From assembly GCF_016433145.1 (NCBI RefSeq), contig NC_058134.1:170409731-170473730 (forward strand): a DNA stretch of 64,000 nt. Direction: 5' to 3'. The notes under the pieces were generated by a model. The model was given only the letters and a program-made list of their open reading frames with translations. It was not told where the DNA came from and did no database searches. Positions 63,051 through 64,000 of this stretch are shown in pieces. Position numbers and translations under genes: made by a program. This stretch comes from Gracilinanus agilis (Eukaryota). Positions within the stretch are counted from its first letter, which is position 1. Every line of letters begins with the position of its first letter.

Positions 63051-64000
63051 TGATGACAATGCTCATTCAGGTAAGAAATCCTGTCATCTAATGAACTCTT
63101 TCTAAGGGACCTGCAGATCAGGTAAGTCATTTCTTCTAAGTCTGATAGAGCATCTCCAAAATAGCTTTTGGTTCTTCCGATTAGAAATCTATGCTTTATA
63201 AGAGAACCTGGGCAGTAGACACATCATCTTGATCATAGATCTTCTGTCAAGAAAAGCTCCCGATATTTTGTTTTAGAAGCTCCAAAAGAAATCAGGAATG
63301 TTAGGAGCCAGGGATAAATCAAATTTTCTTTCTTTAACCAGTCATATGCCCTTTAACAACCCAGGGACTAGCCCCAACTCTTTACATTTCTAATGATTTA
63401 GATAAATTAAAACAATGCCTGACTTTAGCACTACTCAATAACAATTAATTAAGCATCTGTGCTAGCCTTAGCACCTGTGCTAAGGTTGTGGGGATATAAA
63501 GACAAAAAATGAGCCCCTAGTCTAAATCTTCTTAAATCTTTAAAAACTTGTAATACCAAATAAGTATAATACAAGGAATAGTTAAAAGAGGCAGAAGAGA
63601 GACTTTCAGACTTGAAAGAACTCAGAATATGTTAATAGTAAAAGCTTTAATGAGGAGTTTGTTTAAATGAAGCATTTTTAAATGAATTTTTTAGAATTTG
63701 TCACTTGCAAAGTGTAAATTGTTTTATTTTTCCAAAGTTTTGGTAAAATAGCAATAGTTATATTTCAACATATATTCACATTTGAAACAATTATAATAGA
63801 CTTTCATAATCTTTTAGCAGGTTTATTTCTTAGTGTCAGAACTATGAAGTTCAAAACAATCTTACTAATGCATTTTAGATAGTTCATAATTAAAATTAAA
63901 GATTCTTTTTAAAGCATCTAATTTATAAAGCATAACTCAAAGAGTCATGGATTATAAATGGTTGTGCAAATCAAACTAGAAGTACTTGTATGCAAAAACT

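Larger units (their letters stand above)
41168..64000 (+). other. BEND7: BEND7 intron 5 (partial, >22.8 kb); BEN-domain exons not in window
   Basis: Canonical donor at 41168. The expected continuation (recalled as PEVQLAEGFDVFMPK...) was not seen by eye in the remaining sequence or in the ORF track. Confidence 0.75.

Noticed and set aside
41168-64000. Search for the BEN-domain exon, RNA genes, CRISPR-like arrays or a nested gene
   Set aside because: None seen by eye or in the ORF track. The tRNA-like sequences are SINE heads, and no regularly spaced repeat-spacer structure exists.

Overview
Marsupial genomic DNA, most likely a didelphid opossum (inferred from SINE1_Mdo-type SINEs, Mar1/MIR SINEs, opossum-type L1 3' ends and OposCharlie-like hAT MITEs). 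The window holds the 5' part of BEND7 on the + strand: a CpG island/5' region at 1-~760, a strong-Kozak ATG at 611, and five coding exons (611-671, 3174-3257, 33272-33574, 36436-36558, 40905-41167). These splice GT-AG in frame to 278 codons, from MEFSERKRSRKSQSFK to GIVLESPSSD. The BEN-domain exons were not found and presumably lie beyond 64000. The rest is intron, densely filled with L1, L2, L3/CR1, MIR/Mar1, SINE1, LTR remnants and hAT MITEs, plus four N gaps. I found no new gene system that the sequence supports. The best leads are four internally different OC1-like hAT MITEs (a family reported as horizontally transferred), a 192-bp hAT MITE with a perfect TSD nested in an LTR that keeps a tRNA-Arg PBS remnant, and an unidentified coding-like island at ~51725-52090. 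Repeat family names are from memory, not database searches, and boundaries of old repeats are approximate.
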